Positions 29,325 to 46,635 of a stretch of 64,000 bases of DNA are shown piece after piece. Position 1 is the first letter of the stretch. Every line of letters begins with the position of its first letter. Origin of the DNA: the human T2T-CHM13v2.0 reference genome, Homo sapiens; the NCBI RefSeq assembly GCF_009914755.1, contig NC_060929.1, one strand, 5' to 3'. The position numbers and the translations under genes are program-made. The notes under the pieces were generated by a model. It was given only the letters and a program-made list of their open reading frames with translations, searched no databases and was not told the DNA's origin.

Positions 29325-29490
29325 AACTGTGTGTAGTGGTATGTACCTGTAGTCCCAGCTACTCAGGAGGCTGATGTGGGAGGATCACTTGAGCCCGGGA
29401 AGTCAAGGTTGCAGCGAGGTGTGATCAACCCACTGCATTCCAGCCTGGGTGACAGAGCAAGACTGTCTCAAACACACACACACACACACA
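29183..29490 (+). mobile_element. Alu (AluJb-like) with expanded A29 linker and (CA)n tail
   Basis: GGCTGGGCATGGTG...; poly-A 29294-29322; CA repeat at 3' end. Confidence 0.93.
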
Positions 29491-30218
29491 TCTTTAAAAC
29501 TCATTTAAAAGAAAATTGTGTAATTGTGTGGTGTGTTAAAATATTGTCACTCACACTCCTCTCAGCTGTGGAAAAAAATGTCTCACAAGCCACCTAAGTT
29601 GCATAATAGGGAAACTAAGCGATATTTAAACTTTGCTTATCAATGGTATCTCAATTTATTTCCATTTAAGTAGTCTTTTAGGGATACTCATTCCCTTTTG
29701 GGTCACTACCAGTATTTGTCTCTTCCCTCCTACCTGCTTTTCTCCAGAAACTTTTAGATGTGGCAGGGAAGGGGCTTTCTCATTTCTAGGGATGTTGGGG
29801 AGAAAAGTGTCCTTGCAGTCATTGCTGTTCCTGCTGTGGACCCTGGACCAGCAACTTGGAAGTACAGCTAGTGCCTGCCATGTTGTGAACTCTCCAGGCA
29901 CAGGCGTCATCGCAGAGTTCATCAGTTATTTGTCTCCAGTATTTTCACTCATGGTGGCCTCTTTCTGTTGAGGTCAGGATTTTGCTCATGTACAGCATTC
30001 TTAGCACTTTTAGTCTACCCTGGAGCACTGAAAACTTCTGGATGCCCTGAAACTGATGTATAGATTGTAGTATTAATCATACTGTATCAGAGAACATAAT
30101 CTGTATGACATCAATAATTTGAAATTTGCTGAAACTTGCCCTAAGACTTTGTTTGTGATCATTTTTTAAATATTCCATGCATGGTTGAGAATATGCTTCT
30201 CTAATTGTTGAATGTGTA

Positions 30219-31541
<1,323 letters not shown>

Positions 31542-32059
31542 CATTAGTTTTCTATTCCTGTATAACAAATTAATACAAACTTGGAGGCTTAAAACAACAC
31601 CCATTGATTAACTCACAGCTTCTGTAAGTCAGAAGTCTGGGCATGGGCTCATGGGAAACAAGACTGAAATGAAAGTATCCACCAGCAATGTTCTCATCTG
31701 CAGCTCAAGATCTTCTTCCAAGCTCATTCACGCTGTCGACTGTATTCAGTTCCTGTGGTTGTAGAACTGATGTCTACATTTCCTTGCTGGTTGTTGGCCA
31801 AGGGTTGCTCTCAGCAATTAGAGCCCACTCTGGTCCTAGCCAAAGGATCCTCTCCCTGATGACAGGTTACTTTACCAAAAGCCAGCAGGAGAATCTCTCT
31901 AGTCTGGCAAGATGGAGTTGGATATAATATAATGTAATTAAGGAAGTGACTATCACATCATATTCATAGGTCCTGCACATATTCAAGTGGAGGAGATTAT
32001 ATGGGTTGTGTATATCAGAGGACTATATTGGGGACCATCTTAGAATTCTGCGCACCGCA
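31542..32059 (-). mobile_element. MLT1 (E/F-like) LTR
   Basis: ATTAGTTTTCTATT...GGCTTAAAACAACAC...GACCATCTTAGAATTCTGC. Confidence 0.75.
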
Positions 32060-32367
32060 GGGTATAGGGTCTTACATCTTTATGCTTATTTTTTTGTCTA
32101 CTTGACTTATTTTAATCACTAAAACAGTTGTGTTGATTTTGAATTTATCTCCTTCTTATAGTTGCATCATTTCCTTTTTTCTGCTTTATATATTTTGAGA
32201 AATTTTTATAATGTTTACATAATTTAGAATTATATTGACCTTTTAATAGTAACTTTTGTATTAAAATCGATTTTATTTGATATTAATATACAGCTGAACT
32301 TTCACCTTGTTAGTATTTGTCATGTATATTTTTTAAATCTTTAATCACCCTATACCTTCTACTTATT

Positions 32368-32780
32368 GTACATATTAGTTATCTATTGCTGCTTAAGATG
32401 ATGCTCAAAAATTTACTAGCTTACTACAGCAACAATTTAATTTGCTCATGATTCTGTGAGTCAGCAATATGGGTGGAATTGAGCCACATAGTTCTTCTGC
32501 AGCCTTGCCTGGGATTGCTCAGGTGGTTACAAGTCACCTGGTAATTTCACTATAGTTAGATGGTTCAAGATGTTCTTCTAGGTCTGGTGGTTGGTGTCAG
32601 CTATTGACTGAGTTATTCTGTTTAGTCTCTTATTCTTGAGGAGGCTGCCTGGGCTTCTTCCTGTGGTGTTGGCACATGAAGACTGAGAACAGAAGCTATG
32701 AGATCTTTTGAGGACTAGGCTTGGAAATCTCACAGGTTACTTTTCTAGTATCTCCACTATTTTCTTAGTCATGGGCTGGG
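32368..32780 (-). mobile_element. MLT1 LTR (older subfamily)
   Basis: TTAGTTATCTATTGCTGC...GCTCATGATTCTGTGAGTCAG. Confidence 0.6.
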
Positions 32781-33339
32781 AGCAGGGGGAGAGTGTGTGG
32801 CCTCCGTGTGAAGCTTGTGGAGATATGACAGTCAATAATGTTCCTCACAGCAAGTACTTTGAAAGGAGGTCTGAGTGCTGCTTCTCCAGGGCCACCACAT
32901 AGATATGTTTGAATACAATAATTAAAAACATTTTTGACTTTTGCTATTAGTGAAAAACTAATAGCAAAACCTTATTATTGGCTTTTATTTTGTGTTTTCA
33001 GTGCCTGTGTTTTCCCTTCACATGTATCATATGAAGGATTCAAAACATTAAAAAATGAAGATATAAACATTGGGCATAAATTCATCTTTTAAAAACCAAT
33101 TGCCATAACCATGGGTCAATTAACTCATGTAGACAAAAATTGGCTACCTTTTTTTTTTTAAATCAAGTATACTTTGCTTCTAAACAACTAACTCTAAATG
33201 GCTATCATTAAGACAATGTAATTATGTAGTAAAGACTTTAGAAGGTATAAAACAACAATTAGCTTCTACTTATCAACTCTGTTTTTCAGTTTGAGTGGTC
33301 TTCAGAGTTATTCAACCTGATTCTCTTCTTTCTGCAATG

Positions 33340-33772
33340 CAGTCCATTGACTCTTAATATTTGTCTCTCCTTCTTCAATTTTTAGCTGGGCATATGTTTG
33401 GTGGGAATGAAAACTAGTTTTAGTTATAGAACTAAGTTATTTAAAATGGGATATTGATAAAGTGATGTATGGAACTTCCAAGAAGTGTCTTTAAAGAGAA
33501 GATGAATGCTCATCTTCTTTTCCTTTTCCCCCTCTTTTGGCTACAATACTATAGACAAGAGAACTAGAGCTGAAGCTGCCATCTTGGATCACTAAGCAAT
33601 AGCTGCCTAATGAGGTTGATGGAACAATAAGATAAAAATAAAGCACATTGCTATCTCTTCATTCTAGATCATTGATATGGACATTTAGATGAGAGAACAA
33701 TAAAATTCTGTCTAATAAGCCACTGTTATTTTAGTTCTTCTGTCATTAGCTGACAAAACTAATTCTAAACAT
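33340..33772 (+). mobile_element. MLT1 LTR fragment
   Basis: GCTGCCATCTTGGATC...AAGCCACTGTTATTTT. Confidence 0.5.
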
Positions 33773-34907
33773 CTCCTTTCTATTTGTTTTTGCTCACCAT
33801 TTTATCCCTGCGGATATGTTCTGTTCTGAAGGGAACAGAACTATGAGAGGCAGCCATCTAGAAGGATAAATATGATCCATCCTCCCCAGTCTGAGGAAGG
33901 GGATATAAAAACATGGGTCAAAATTAGGGACAAAACCCATCTCTGACACAAAACATACATTCATTAAATATTTGTTAAATAAATGTATGAATATCAGAGA
34001 TCGCTGCTATATTTTTGACCCAAATGATCTACCTGTCTAGAAGATCCCTGCTTCCTTTGCCAGTTAGCCAACTCCTAGTAATCTCTCAAGATCCAGCTCA
34101 AATGTGGCTTTTCTGTCAAGCCTTCCCAGCCTCCTTTCCTCCCTTGCATGTACCTTTGCTGTTGTCTCATCATGTTGAAATGTCAGAGCAATGCCCATGA
34201 TTTTTCTCCTTTGTGTTCTTAATACCCAATATGGTATCTGAAACGATGGAGGATGATCAAGGAAGAAATCCTCCTAAACATAAAAATTCACATTAGACTT
34301 TCCTCTAAAGATTTACTTTCTTTGAAATTTAGGAACAAGGGTTCTCCAAAGAAATAAAACGAATAGGGTATATATGGGGTGAGGATTCCTTATCCAAAAG
34401 GCTTGGGACTGGAGGTGTTCTAGATTTCAGACTTTTTCAGATTTTGGAATATTTACATATACATAATAAGATATTTTGGGAAGGGTACCCAAGTCTAAAC
34501 ACAAAATTCTTTTATGTTTCATATATACCTTATACACATAGCTGAAGGTAATTTTATACAATATTTTAATATATTTGTGTATGAAACAATTTGTGTACAT
34601 TGAACCATCAGAAAGCAAAGATGTCATTATCTCAGCCATCCCTGTAAATAATCTGTGGTTGTTTGGCCTCACCACCATTCTTGACTCTGAATTAATATGC
34701 TATGGATAAGCAATCATTTTCTTACAGTTATTCACACCTAAGCACTTAACAGCAAAATAAATGACATAACATTAATACAGAGAAAAAATAATAAGATCAG
34801 GGTAACTAAGCAGCACAGTAGCACTACCAGAATACCTGTATCAGCTGTTAACGCAAACAACAAACAACAGCAGGCTTTCAGTCAGTCTCCACCTACAATG
34901 CTGTGGG

Positions 34908-35049
34908 GTTTTTGTTTGTTGTTTGTTTTTTTAGAAATGGGATCACTCTATGTTGCTCAGGTTGGGTTTCAACTCCTGGGTTCAAGCTATCTTCCTGCCT
35001 CAGCCTCTTGAGTAGCTGGGACCATAGGCTAGAACTATCGCACCCAGCT
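34908..35049 (-). mobile_element. Alu monomer (FLAM_C-like)
   Basis: CTATGTTGCTCAGG...AACTCCTGGGTTCAAG...GCACCCAGC. Confidence 0.8.
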
Positions 35050-35255
35050 CGAAAGCTGTGTTTTTAGTTAAAATGATTTTTTAAGATGAGAAGAAACAAT
35101 CAGAAGCAGTTGAGGGATGAGAAAGTGGGTCCCTTAGGAATGAGGAGGCATTCTGCTGGATGGCTTTTTAAAATGTTTCCTCCAGTCATCTGCCTCATTA
35201 ACAACTTTTGTTCTTTTGTTGGCTTAGAAGGCTTTTATTTTATTTTCGGTTTTGA

Positions 35256-35553
<298 letters not shown>

Positions 35554-35661
35554 TGTCTCTTTGGTTTTACAAACTGACATTATTTCTTGCTCTGTTATGA
35601 ATGCAGACTGCTCTAGTCCTTCAGTAAGCCCATCACATATTTTCACCATGCTGTCTATTGA

Positions 35662-36079
<418 letters not shown>

Positions 36080-36679
36080 TGGAGCATCATTATCAATGTC
36101 AAAAACTTCTTCAATATCCACTTCATTCAGTTTACTGATGGACTATGAGATATACATTTTTTGCGTATGTAAGGAGTCAGACATCTGGTTCCATTTAATG
36201 AAGAATGGGGCTGAAAGGATCTTTTTTCCTTGGAGATGCTGTATAAACGGTGGTGTGGGCCTGTGTTTTGACTGTGACCCATCCTGAGGTTATATTTGGA
36301 ATTTTCTATATGTGGCATCATGTTGGCAATCAAAGAGTTTTGGACTTTGGAGCTTTTCAGATTTTGGATTAGTGATGCTCAACTTTGTGTGTGTGTGTAT
36401 ACACTCACAGGCATACTTCAGAGATGTCGCGGGTTCTATTCCAAATCACTGCAATAAAGCGAGTCACAAAAATTTTTTTGGTTCCCCAGTGCATATAAAA
36501 GTTATATTTATACTGTACTGGTCTATTAAATGTGCAGTAGCATTATGTTTAAAAACATAATCTATATACTTTAATTAAAAATACTTTGTTGCTAAAAATG
36601 CTAACAATCATCTGAGCCTTTGGCGAGTTGTAATCTTTTTGCTGGTAGAGGGTCTTGCCTCAGTGTTGATGGCTGTTGA

Positions 36680-37050
<371 letters not shown>

Positions 37051-37069
37051 TGGTAATTTCTTAAAATAA

Positions 37070-37416
<347 letters not shown>

Positions 37417-38022
37417 CACTTTTCCTTTTATGAGAGATTTCTCTGTAGTCTGCAATGCTGTTTGATAGCATCTTAGCCACAGCTGAACTTCTTTCAAAAT
37501 CTGAGTCAATCCAATTGGAAAAATAGCACTGATAGACTTGCTCAGTGCAGGGGTGCCACAAACCTTCAATTTGTGAAAGAACACAATATCTGCAAAATGC
37601 AATAAAGCAAAATATGCCTACACACACACACAGATTTATTTTAAGGATATGGCTCACACCAGTTTGGAGGTTGATAAGTCTGAAATCTTAGGGGCAGTCA
37701 AGTTGGCTTGAGACTCAGGGAAGAGTTGATGTTGCAGTCTCAAATCTGAAGACTACGTGGTGGCAGAATTCCTTCTTTTTTGGGAAACCTTAGCTTTCTC
37801 TTAAGGCCTTTGACTGATTCAATAAGACCAAACCACGTTTTGAACACTAATCTGCTTTACTCAAAATCTATAGTTTTAAATGTTAATCACATCTAAAAAA
37901 TACCTTCCCAGCAACATCTATACTGCTGTTTGACCAAAAACTGGGGTACCATGGCCTAGCCATTTGACACATAAAATTAGCCATCCCAGGACCCTTAAAT
38001 AGAAACAAGTTTATTTAATAGT

Positions 38023-38335
38023 TGTATTAGTCTATTCCTACATTGCTATAAAGAACTACCTGAGACTGGGTAATTTATGAAGAAAATAGATTTAATTGGC
38101 TCAAAGTTCTGCATGGCTGATGAGGCCTCAGGAAACTTACTATGAGGGTGGAAGGCAAAGGGGAAGCAAGGCATGTCATCACATGGCCAGAGCAGGAAGA
38201 AGAGAGGGCAAAGGAGGAGGTGCTACATACTTCCAAACCATCAGATCTTTCAAGGGGATGGTGCTAAACCGGTAGAATACACCCCCATTATCTAATCACC
38301 TCCCACCAGGCCTCACCTTCAATATTTGGGTTATT
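38023..38335 (-). mobile_element. MST (MSTA/B-like) MaLR LTR, partial
   Basis: TGTATTAGTC...GCTATAAAGAACTACCTGAGACTGGGTAATTTAT...GAGGCCTCAGGAAACTTAC. Confidence 0.85.
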
Positions 38336-39109
38336 ATTTTTTTTCATGGCTAAAGTTCATTCTCACCGAGTATTTGCAATGTAATAAAATTAAGCCAAGC
38401 TTATGTGAACCAAGAGCTCTGGGTGACAAACAAAAAGAATGTGCACACCGGCAATATTCATTTAAGGTTAAAAGATTTTTAGTATTATTAATCAAGAATT
38501 TAAATGTCCCAAATATATAATACTTATTTGCTTAGGACAAGATGTCCTATCCATAACTCAGATGAAAACTATATAAAAAGGAGGAAAGAAGAAAGTGGTC
38601 CCTAGAATGCATTAATCTAGAGTAATGGTTCCAGTCAGCCATGTTGTAAATTTAACTTCTATTGCTGTTTGTGCACTAAAGGGCACTCATCATCCCGAAA
38701 GAATTAATGCAACTTCTAAAAAGTAGGCCAGCTAATTTACAGGCAATAGCTTACATACCAGAAAAAAACTGGATCAGTAAGTAATGCGATATTTATTTCC
38801 AAGAAATCTGGCAATGTTTTTCTCACTGAAAAATGAGTAGGAATGAAGTCAATCTGAAAGTGATTTTTTTCAGAGGCGGGTGAGCACAAGGAAACACCTT
38901 TCGCTGATGAAGGAGGAATATGAAGCAGCAGTTGCAGAGGTGAAGAGGAAGAGGAGTATTTGCCAGGAAAACTAGGATGGACCCTTCCCAGTATACATAC
39001 AGGGAGGATGTAAAAGTCAAAAACTTCCGTCAAAATTAAGGCCAACACCAAGAAAGAAAAACCAGTCCTCTCAGGTAATAGAATTACTAGACTCCCATTC
39101 AGCCTTTCT

Positions 39110-39890
39110 TTTATTCATTCATTTCTCAATCTTCCTTTTTGTTTGGCTCGTGTTTATGGAGCATGTACCATATTCCAGAGCTTGATCTTGGTGCTGAGGT
39201 TATGACGGGAATAACTTGTTCTTGCCTGGTCCGTATCCATTCAGCCTTCTCTAGAGATTTCCCGCACATGGTCCCTTTTCATGCCAATGGATTCTCAGGT
39301 GTCTCTGCTGAGGGTGTTCTCTAGGCCTGTGTGTGCATTAACACCTCTGAAAGGATCCTCAACCAGAAATGAATAAGGTTGATCTTCAACCAATGAGGAT
39401 GGGAGATGTTGGATATACCCCAGCTTCCTTATCCCTCAATAGGACAATTCTGAAGCATCTCCCATAATTTCTGAGAGGATCTCCAGAAGGATTGAGGCCT
39501 AGTTCGCCCCCAGTGGTAATCTGCTCATCAACACTGTCTTTGCTTTCCTTCCTTCCTGTCTCACTTCTAGGATTACCTCTCAAAAAATCAAATCTGCATC
39601 TGTTTTGGGGTAAACCAAGCTAAGACAGCAGGGAACAAGGCAGATAAGGTCCTTGTTCTCATGGAACATATGTATCACCTCAGAGAGAGAGAGACAATAA
39701 ATAAGTAAAGGAAATAAATATACAAGATAATTTGGGATCAGAACCCAAAGAAGGCAATAGCCAGGATTCTGGAAGAATTGGAGGAGGGTGTTCTCATCAG
39801 GGAGTATAGAGGGCCCCAGTGAGGAGGTGACCTATGAGCTGTGGCCTGAGAGAAAGGAGCAAGGTATGTAAAGAGCTCAGGGGAAAATCC
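39110..39890 (-). mobile_element. L2 3' fragment interrupted by an LTR16-like element
   Basis: ATTCATTCATT...TTTATGGAGCATGTACC; resumes GAACAAGGCAGATAAGGTCCTTGTTCTCATGGA. Confidence 0.55.
39210..39627 (+). mobile_element. LTR16-like ERVL LTR
   Basis: TTCCTTCCTGTCTCACTT...CTGTTTTGGGGTAAACCAAGCTAAGACA terminus. Confidence 0.6.
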
Positions 39891-42800
39891 CTTTCCCATG
39901 AAGTTCTTTTTTCTCCCATCAGGATCCCAGAGTTCCTGGGGATCCTTCTTTCTCTTCCAGAGTTGCACTCACCCTCCCATCCCTATAGGGTTCAAATATA
40001 CTCGGCTGAGGCAGTATTATTCGTTCTGAATGCTGGGCTGTACCTGCTGCAAGGGAAGGAGAAGTACAGAGCATTATGGGCCTTCCTGCTTTGAAATCAG
40101 GTACCACAGGGCCTTGGGATATCCCTGGGGACCCTGCCTCCCCTAGATCTGCCAGAATCCTGTCTCTGTGATGGTCTTTACTATCATCTGAGACTTGTGG
40201 CCCCTTCTCCAGATCTGTCTCTTTCCCTTCATGCACAGCAGAAGAACCTCACACCCACCCTTTTTCAATTCCTGGGAGGCTGGGATGGATGAGGGGGTAC
40301 ACGGGGGCCATGGCTACTAGTAGTTTCTCTCTCCATTTCTGCTGAGCTCAGCCCAGTGGACTGGAGCTTCTTTAGGCTGCCACTCCAGGCCACTCTGGAT
40401 AGAGGAGAACAACTGAAGCAGAGGAAAGGGGTGTTTCCTTATACCAGGCATTTCCTTTATTCTTCCTTCCATCAGTAGAGAGAAGAGTCAGCTTTCACCT
40501 GTATAGGATCTAGGAATCTCTCTAGGGGCATTCTGATTACCTCCTAGTAACATAAGTTGGAGAGGGAAGGAGAATAGTCTACTCAATTTGGTGGTAAAGA
40601 CTTCCCTTTTTTTCCCCTCAAGATGGTGGATTGGAGGCATTGTTAGCATGCCTGTCCCACTTAGAAAGACAAAATAGTATATAGAGATTCACAGTGTGAA
40701 CTTTATTCCAAGAAGCAACACACAAACTTAACAAGAAAACTGAAAGAAACCACAGATCCTTTGAATGAAGTGACAGACTACAGCCTACACCATGAGCCAC
40801 GTGGAAAACTGCAGAAGACCACAGTGCCCAGGAAGGAGAAACCTTGTATGTGACCTCAGCTATCACCATTGCCTGAATCACCCTGGCTAGATAACCAGAA
40901 GGTCCTAAGTCTGTCACATGACCAGTTCATTACTACTATAGCTGGAATTTGAGAGCCAACACTGTAAGGTTATTTATAACCAAGGAATCTCACAGAGTCT
41001 ATATCACTCCCCTGCTGTCCCTATCAGAGCTGGTGCTGGTACCTGCTGCTAGGAGACTTGAGGACAGTTCACACGTCTGGATCCTTTGCAGACATTTCCC
41101 GGCACCAGTGTGGATTATTGTGGTCCCACTGGGTGGCTAGACCCAAAGGAACAGCAGAATTGGGCCTCAGGGACTCCTATTCCAGAAGCGGGAGTATACC
41201 ACACCAAGGGAGCACTCCATGGGACAAAAGAATCCAGATGACTGGAATTGAGTCCCAGAACTTTCTGCTTGTGGGAAGTTTCTTTCAGCGGAGGCACAGG
41301 TGCGGTACTGGGCTCAGTGGGGAAAGTCTGCAGCTCTACCCCAACAGTTAGGCAGCCCTGGTGCTAATGAAGGGTCTTGGAGAAGAAACTTCTTACCCTT
41401 GCCCACCACTGCGCACACAGCTGGGGCTTCTCCCGTGGGAGCATGGTGTGGGTGCACTTGTAGACAGACTTTCTGGAGCACTTCAGGGTGACTGCATCCG
41501 CACAGGAGGACTGCTCTTCAGTTCAGGCTTCCACAAGTGATAGAGTCACGATCCCTCTCTACATGGAACATCAGCATTCCTACAGATGTAGAGAGGTGCC
41601 TGTCTGATCTAAATAGCTGGAACACTGGGTCAGGAGTGTGACTGGGAGGCAGACTGCTTTCCTGCTGGCCTGCAGGAGAGCTGAGGTGGCTACGTCCCTT
41701 GTGAAAACACCTCAGTGTGTTTCACTGAGAGCTCCCTCAGCCATCTCTGTCAAGACTGGGACCTCAGCCCACCATTGGGTATTGCATTTACCCACTTGCT
41801 TTAGCCACAGCTGATTCATACCCATGGACCCCATTTCTACTGGCCTGAATCCTGAACTGTTTAACCCAGTAAATAAACTACTGGGGGAAAAATAATAAAT
41901 AAATAACTGCACACACTGAGGAATGAGATAAACTTCAAGAGATCTCTGCCATTCTACCCCACAGGAGACAGCGAATCTGCTCACACACTGAGCATATTGT
42001 TACTACAACCAACATTTGATAAAGCCATCATAAAGACTCTCTATAAACAGGAAACTCATGCAGAGTCTTCACCCTTGAAAGCACCCAGAGCTGAATTAGG
42101 TTACAATAAACTATAATCATTAAAGTCACATCCTTAAGGGGAAAAAAAGAAAAAGAAATTTAAAAATAAACGCAGTTGAATAAAAAAGAAATTCTAAAAT
42201 AATTAGAAGAAATACTCTATCCAAATGAGGAGGAATCAGAAAAAAATAATTCTGGTAATATGACAAAACAGGGTTCTATAACTGGCCCCCCTCCACTACA
42301 AAGATCACTGTAGCTTTCTAGCAATGGATCCCAACCAAGGTGAAATTCTTTGAAATACCCGATAAATAATTCAAAAGGTTACTTATTAAATTACTGGAGG
42401 AGATACAAGAGAAAGGTGAAAACTAACATAAAAACTTTTTAAAATAATTCAGGATGTGAATGAAAAATTTTCTAAAGAGTTAGATATTTTAAAGGAAAAC
42501 CAATTAGAACATCTGGAAATGAAAGACGCATTTTAGGGAATTACAAAATGCAGTGGGAAAGTTTTAACAATAGATTCGAACAACTAGAAGAAAGAATTTC
42601 AAAGCTTGAAGATGAGCCTTTTGAACTCACCCAATCAGAAAAAAATAAAGAAAAAAAAACTCAAAAGAAGTTAACTAAATCTCCAAGAAATATGTAATTA
42701 TATAAAATGGCCAAACCTAAGAATCACTGGTGTTCCTGAGGATGAAGACAAAACAAAATGTTTGGGCAACTTATTTGAGGGAATAATTGAGGAAAGCTTC

Positions 42801-44988
42801 CCTGGCCTTGCTAGAGATTTAGACACCCAAATATAAGAAGCTCAAAGAACGCCTGAAAGATTCACTGGAAAAAGGACTTCACCAAGGCATATAGAGTCAT
42901 CAGGCTATGTAAACTTAACATGCAGAAAAGAATCCTAAGAGCAGTTAGACAAAAGTTTCAAGTAACCTATAAGGGAAAACCTATCAGACTAACAGCAGAC
43001 TTCTCAGCAGAAACCTTACAAGCCAGAAGTCACTGGGGTCCTATCTTTAGCCTCCTTAAATGGAGTAACTGTCAGCCAAGAATTTTGTATCCAGAAAAAC
43101 TATGTTTCATAAATGAAGAAGAAATAAAGTCTTTTTCAGACAAGAAAAATTCTGAGGGAATTTGTCACTACCAGATTATCCCTACAAAAAAATGCTGAAA
43201 GGAGTTCTAAATCTTGAAACAAAAGCTGGATATGCACCATAATAGAACCTCTTGAAAGCATAAAGACTCACAGGGCCTGTAAAACAATAATAATGAAAAA
43301 ACAGAGTGTCTAGGTAACAACATGATGACTGGAACAGTACCTCACATCTCAATATTAAACATTGAATATATATGGTCTAAATGCTCCACTCAAAAGATAC
43401 AAATTGGCAGAACAGATTAAAAAGTCACAAACCAAATATCTGCCATCTTCAAGAGACTCATCTAACATATAAGGATTCTTATCGACTCAAGGTAAAGGAG
43501 TTAAAAAAAAAGATAGTCTATGCAAATGGAAACCAAAAGTGAGAAGGCATATACTATTCTTATACCAGATAAAACAGAGTTTAAAGCAACAACAGTAAAA
43601 AAAGACAAAGTCACTATGTAATGATAAAAGTATAAATCCAACAAGAAGATATTACAGTCCTAAATATGTATGCATTTAACTCTGGCATTCCCAGATTCAT
43701 AAAACAATTACTACTAGACCTAAGAAAAGAGATAGACAGCAACACAATAATAGTGGGGGACTTCAACACTCCACTGACAGCACTAAACAGAGATCATCAA
43801 GGCAGAAAGTCAATAAAGAAACATTGCACTTAAACTGCACTCTAGAACAAATGGACCTAATGATATTTACAGAACATTCTACCCAAGAACTGCAAAATAT
43901 ACGTTCTCATTAGTACATGAAACAGTCTGCAAGATAGACATATCATAGGTCTCAAAATAAAGTCAATAAATTTTTAAAAATCCAAATTATATCAAGTATA
44001 TTCTCAGAACACAGTGGAATAAAACTAGAAACCAACTCCAAAAGGAATAGTCAAAACAATACAAATACATGGAAATTAATCTGCTCCGGAATGATTTTGG
44101 GGTTAACAATGAGATCAAGATGAAAATTTAAAAATTCTTTGAAATGAATAATAGTGACATAAGTTATCAAAACCTCTGGGAAACAGCAAAAGCAATGTAA
44201 GAGGAAAATTTATAGTGCTAAATGCCTAGATCAAAAAGTCTGCAAAGTCACAAATTGACCACCTAACACACACCTCAAGGAACTAGAGAAATAAGAACAA
44301 ACCAAACCCAAAGCTAGTAGAAACAAATAACAAAGAACAGAGAAAAACTAAATGCAATTAAACATAAAAACAATATAAAAGATCAATGAAACAAAAAGTT
44401 GGTTCTTTGAAAAGATAAAAAAAATCAATAGACCATTAGCTAGATTAATCAAGAAGAGAGAAGATTTAAACAAGCCGTTAGAAATGAAAATGGAGACATT
44501 ACAATGACACCACAGAAGTACAAAAGATCAAAAGAAATACAAAAGATTTGAGGCTGCTATAAATACTTCTATGCACACAAACTAAAAAATCTAGAGGAAA
44601 TGGATAAATTCCTGGAAACATACAACCCTCCTAGCTTGAATCAGGAAGAAATAGAAATCCTGAACAGACCAATAGCAAACAGTGAGATTGAATCGGTAAT
44701 AAAACAATTTCCAGCAACAAAACAAGCCCAGTGCAAATGGATTCACAGTGAATTCTACCAAAGAAGAATTGGTACTAATCCTACTGAAACTATTCCAAAA
44801 GGTTGAGAAAGAGGGAATCCTCCCTAACACATTCTATCAAACCAGTATCACCCAGATACCAAAGCCAGGAAAGTACATAACAAAGAAAAGGAAAACTACA
44901 GACCGATGTTCCTGATGAACATAGATGCAAAAATCCTCAACAAAATACTAGCAAGCCAAATCAAACAGCACATCAAAAAGATAATTCA

Positions 44989-45298
44989 AGTCAGGTGCAG
45001 TGGCTCACACCTGTAACCCCAGCACTTTGGAAGGCCAAGGCAGGAGGATTGCTTGAGCTCAGGAGTTCAAAACTAGCCTGAGCAACATGGTGAAACCCCA
45101 TCTCTACAAAAAAAAATATAAAAATTAGATGCATGTGGTGGTGCTCACCTACAGTCCCAGTTACTCAGGAGGCTGAGGTGGGAAGATTGCTTGAGCCCAA
45201 GAGGTCAAGGCTGCAGTGATCCATGATTGTGCCACTGTACTCCAGCCTAGGTGACAGAGCAAGACCCTTTCTCAACAACTAACAACAATAATAATAAT
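44989..45298 (+). mobile_element. Alu (AluJb-like) in L1PB ORF2
   Basis: GTGCAGTGGCTCACACCTGTAA...; (AAC)/(AAT) tail; TSD remnant TAATTCA. Confidence 0.93.
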
Positions 45299-46307
45299 AG
45301 TAATTCACCATGATCAAGTGGGTTTCGCCCCAGGGATGCAGGGATGGTTCAACATATGCAAGTCAATAAATGTAATTCATCGCATAAACAGAATTAAAAA
45401 CAAAACCCACATGATCATCTCAACAGATGGAGAAAAACATTCAGTGAAATTCAGCATCACTTTATGATAAAAACCCTCAACAAACTAGGTATAGAAGGAA
45501 TATACCTCAAAATAATGAAAGCCATCTATGACAAACTCACAGCCAACATCATACTGAATAGGGAAAAGCTAAAAGCATCCCCTCTAAGAACTGGAACAAC
45601 ACAATGATGCCCACTTTCACCACTTGTATTCAACATAATCTGGAAGTCCTAGCCAGAGCAGTTAGGCAAGAGAAAGAAATAAAGGGCATCCAAATTGGAA
45701 AACGAGAAGTCAAACCATCTCTGTTTGCCAATGTTATGATCGTATACCTAGAAAACCCTAAAGTCTCCTCCAAAAGGCTGCTATATTTGATAAATGAATT
45801 CATTAAAGTCTTAAGTTACAAAATCAATGCACACAAATTAGCAGTACTGCTATACACCACCAACAACCAAGCTGAGAATCAAATAAAGAACTCAATCCCT
45901 TTTACAACAGCAATAAAAAAACAAAATACCTAGGAACATAATTAAACAAGGAGATGAAAGATCTCTACAAGGAGAAGTACAAAACGCTACTGAAAGAAAT
46001 CATAGATGATACAAACAAATGGAAATACATCGTGTGCTCATGGATTGAAAGAATCAATTTCATGAAAATGATCATACTGCCCAAAGCAATCTACAGATTC
46101 AATGCAATTCGTATCAAAATACCAACATCATTTTTCAAACAATTAGAAAAAAATCCTAAAATTCATATAGAAACACAAAAGAGCCTGAATATCCAAAGTC
46201 ATCTTAAGCAAAAAGGACAAATCTGGAGGCATCACATTACCTGACTTCATACTATAAGGCTATAGTAACCAAAACAGCATGATACTGGTATAAAAGTAGT
46301 TACATAG

Positions 46308-46635
46308 GGCCGGGTGCAGTGGCTCACACCTGTAATCCCAGCACTTTGGGAGGCCGAGGTGGGCGGATCATGAGGTCAGGAGATCGAGACCATCCTGACT
46401 AACATAGTGAAACTCCATCTCTACTAAAATACAAAAATTAGCCGGGCATGGTGGCATGTGCCAATAATCCCAGCTCTGTAATACCAGCTACTCAGGAAGC
46501 TGAGGCAGGAGAATCCCTTGAACCAGGGAGTCAGAGGTTGCAGTGAGCCAAGATCACGCCACAGCACTCCAGCCTGGTGACAGAGCGAGACTCCGTCTCA
46601 AAAAAATAAATATAAATAAGTAAATAAATAAAAAT
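46308..46635 (+). mobile_element. Alu (AluSc-like) in L1PB ORF2
   Basis: GAGATCGAGACCATCCTGAC; TSD AAAA(G/A)TAGTTACATAG. Confidence 0.95.

Noticed and set aside
38860-38886. ttttttcag|AGGCGG|gtgagc 6-nt microexon on +
   Set aside because: Too short to distinguish from chance, and opposite to the inferred host strand
39921-39946. Imperfect hairpin AGGATCCCAG...CTGGGGATCCT
   Set aside because: Short bulged stem, plausible by chance in 64 kb; no ncRNA context
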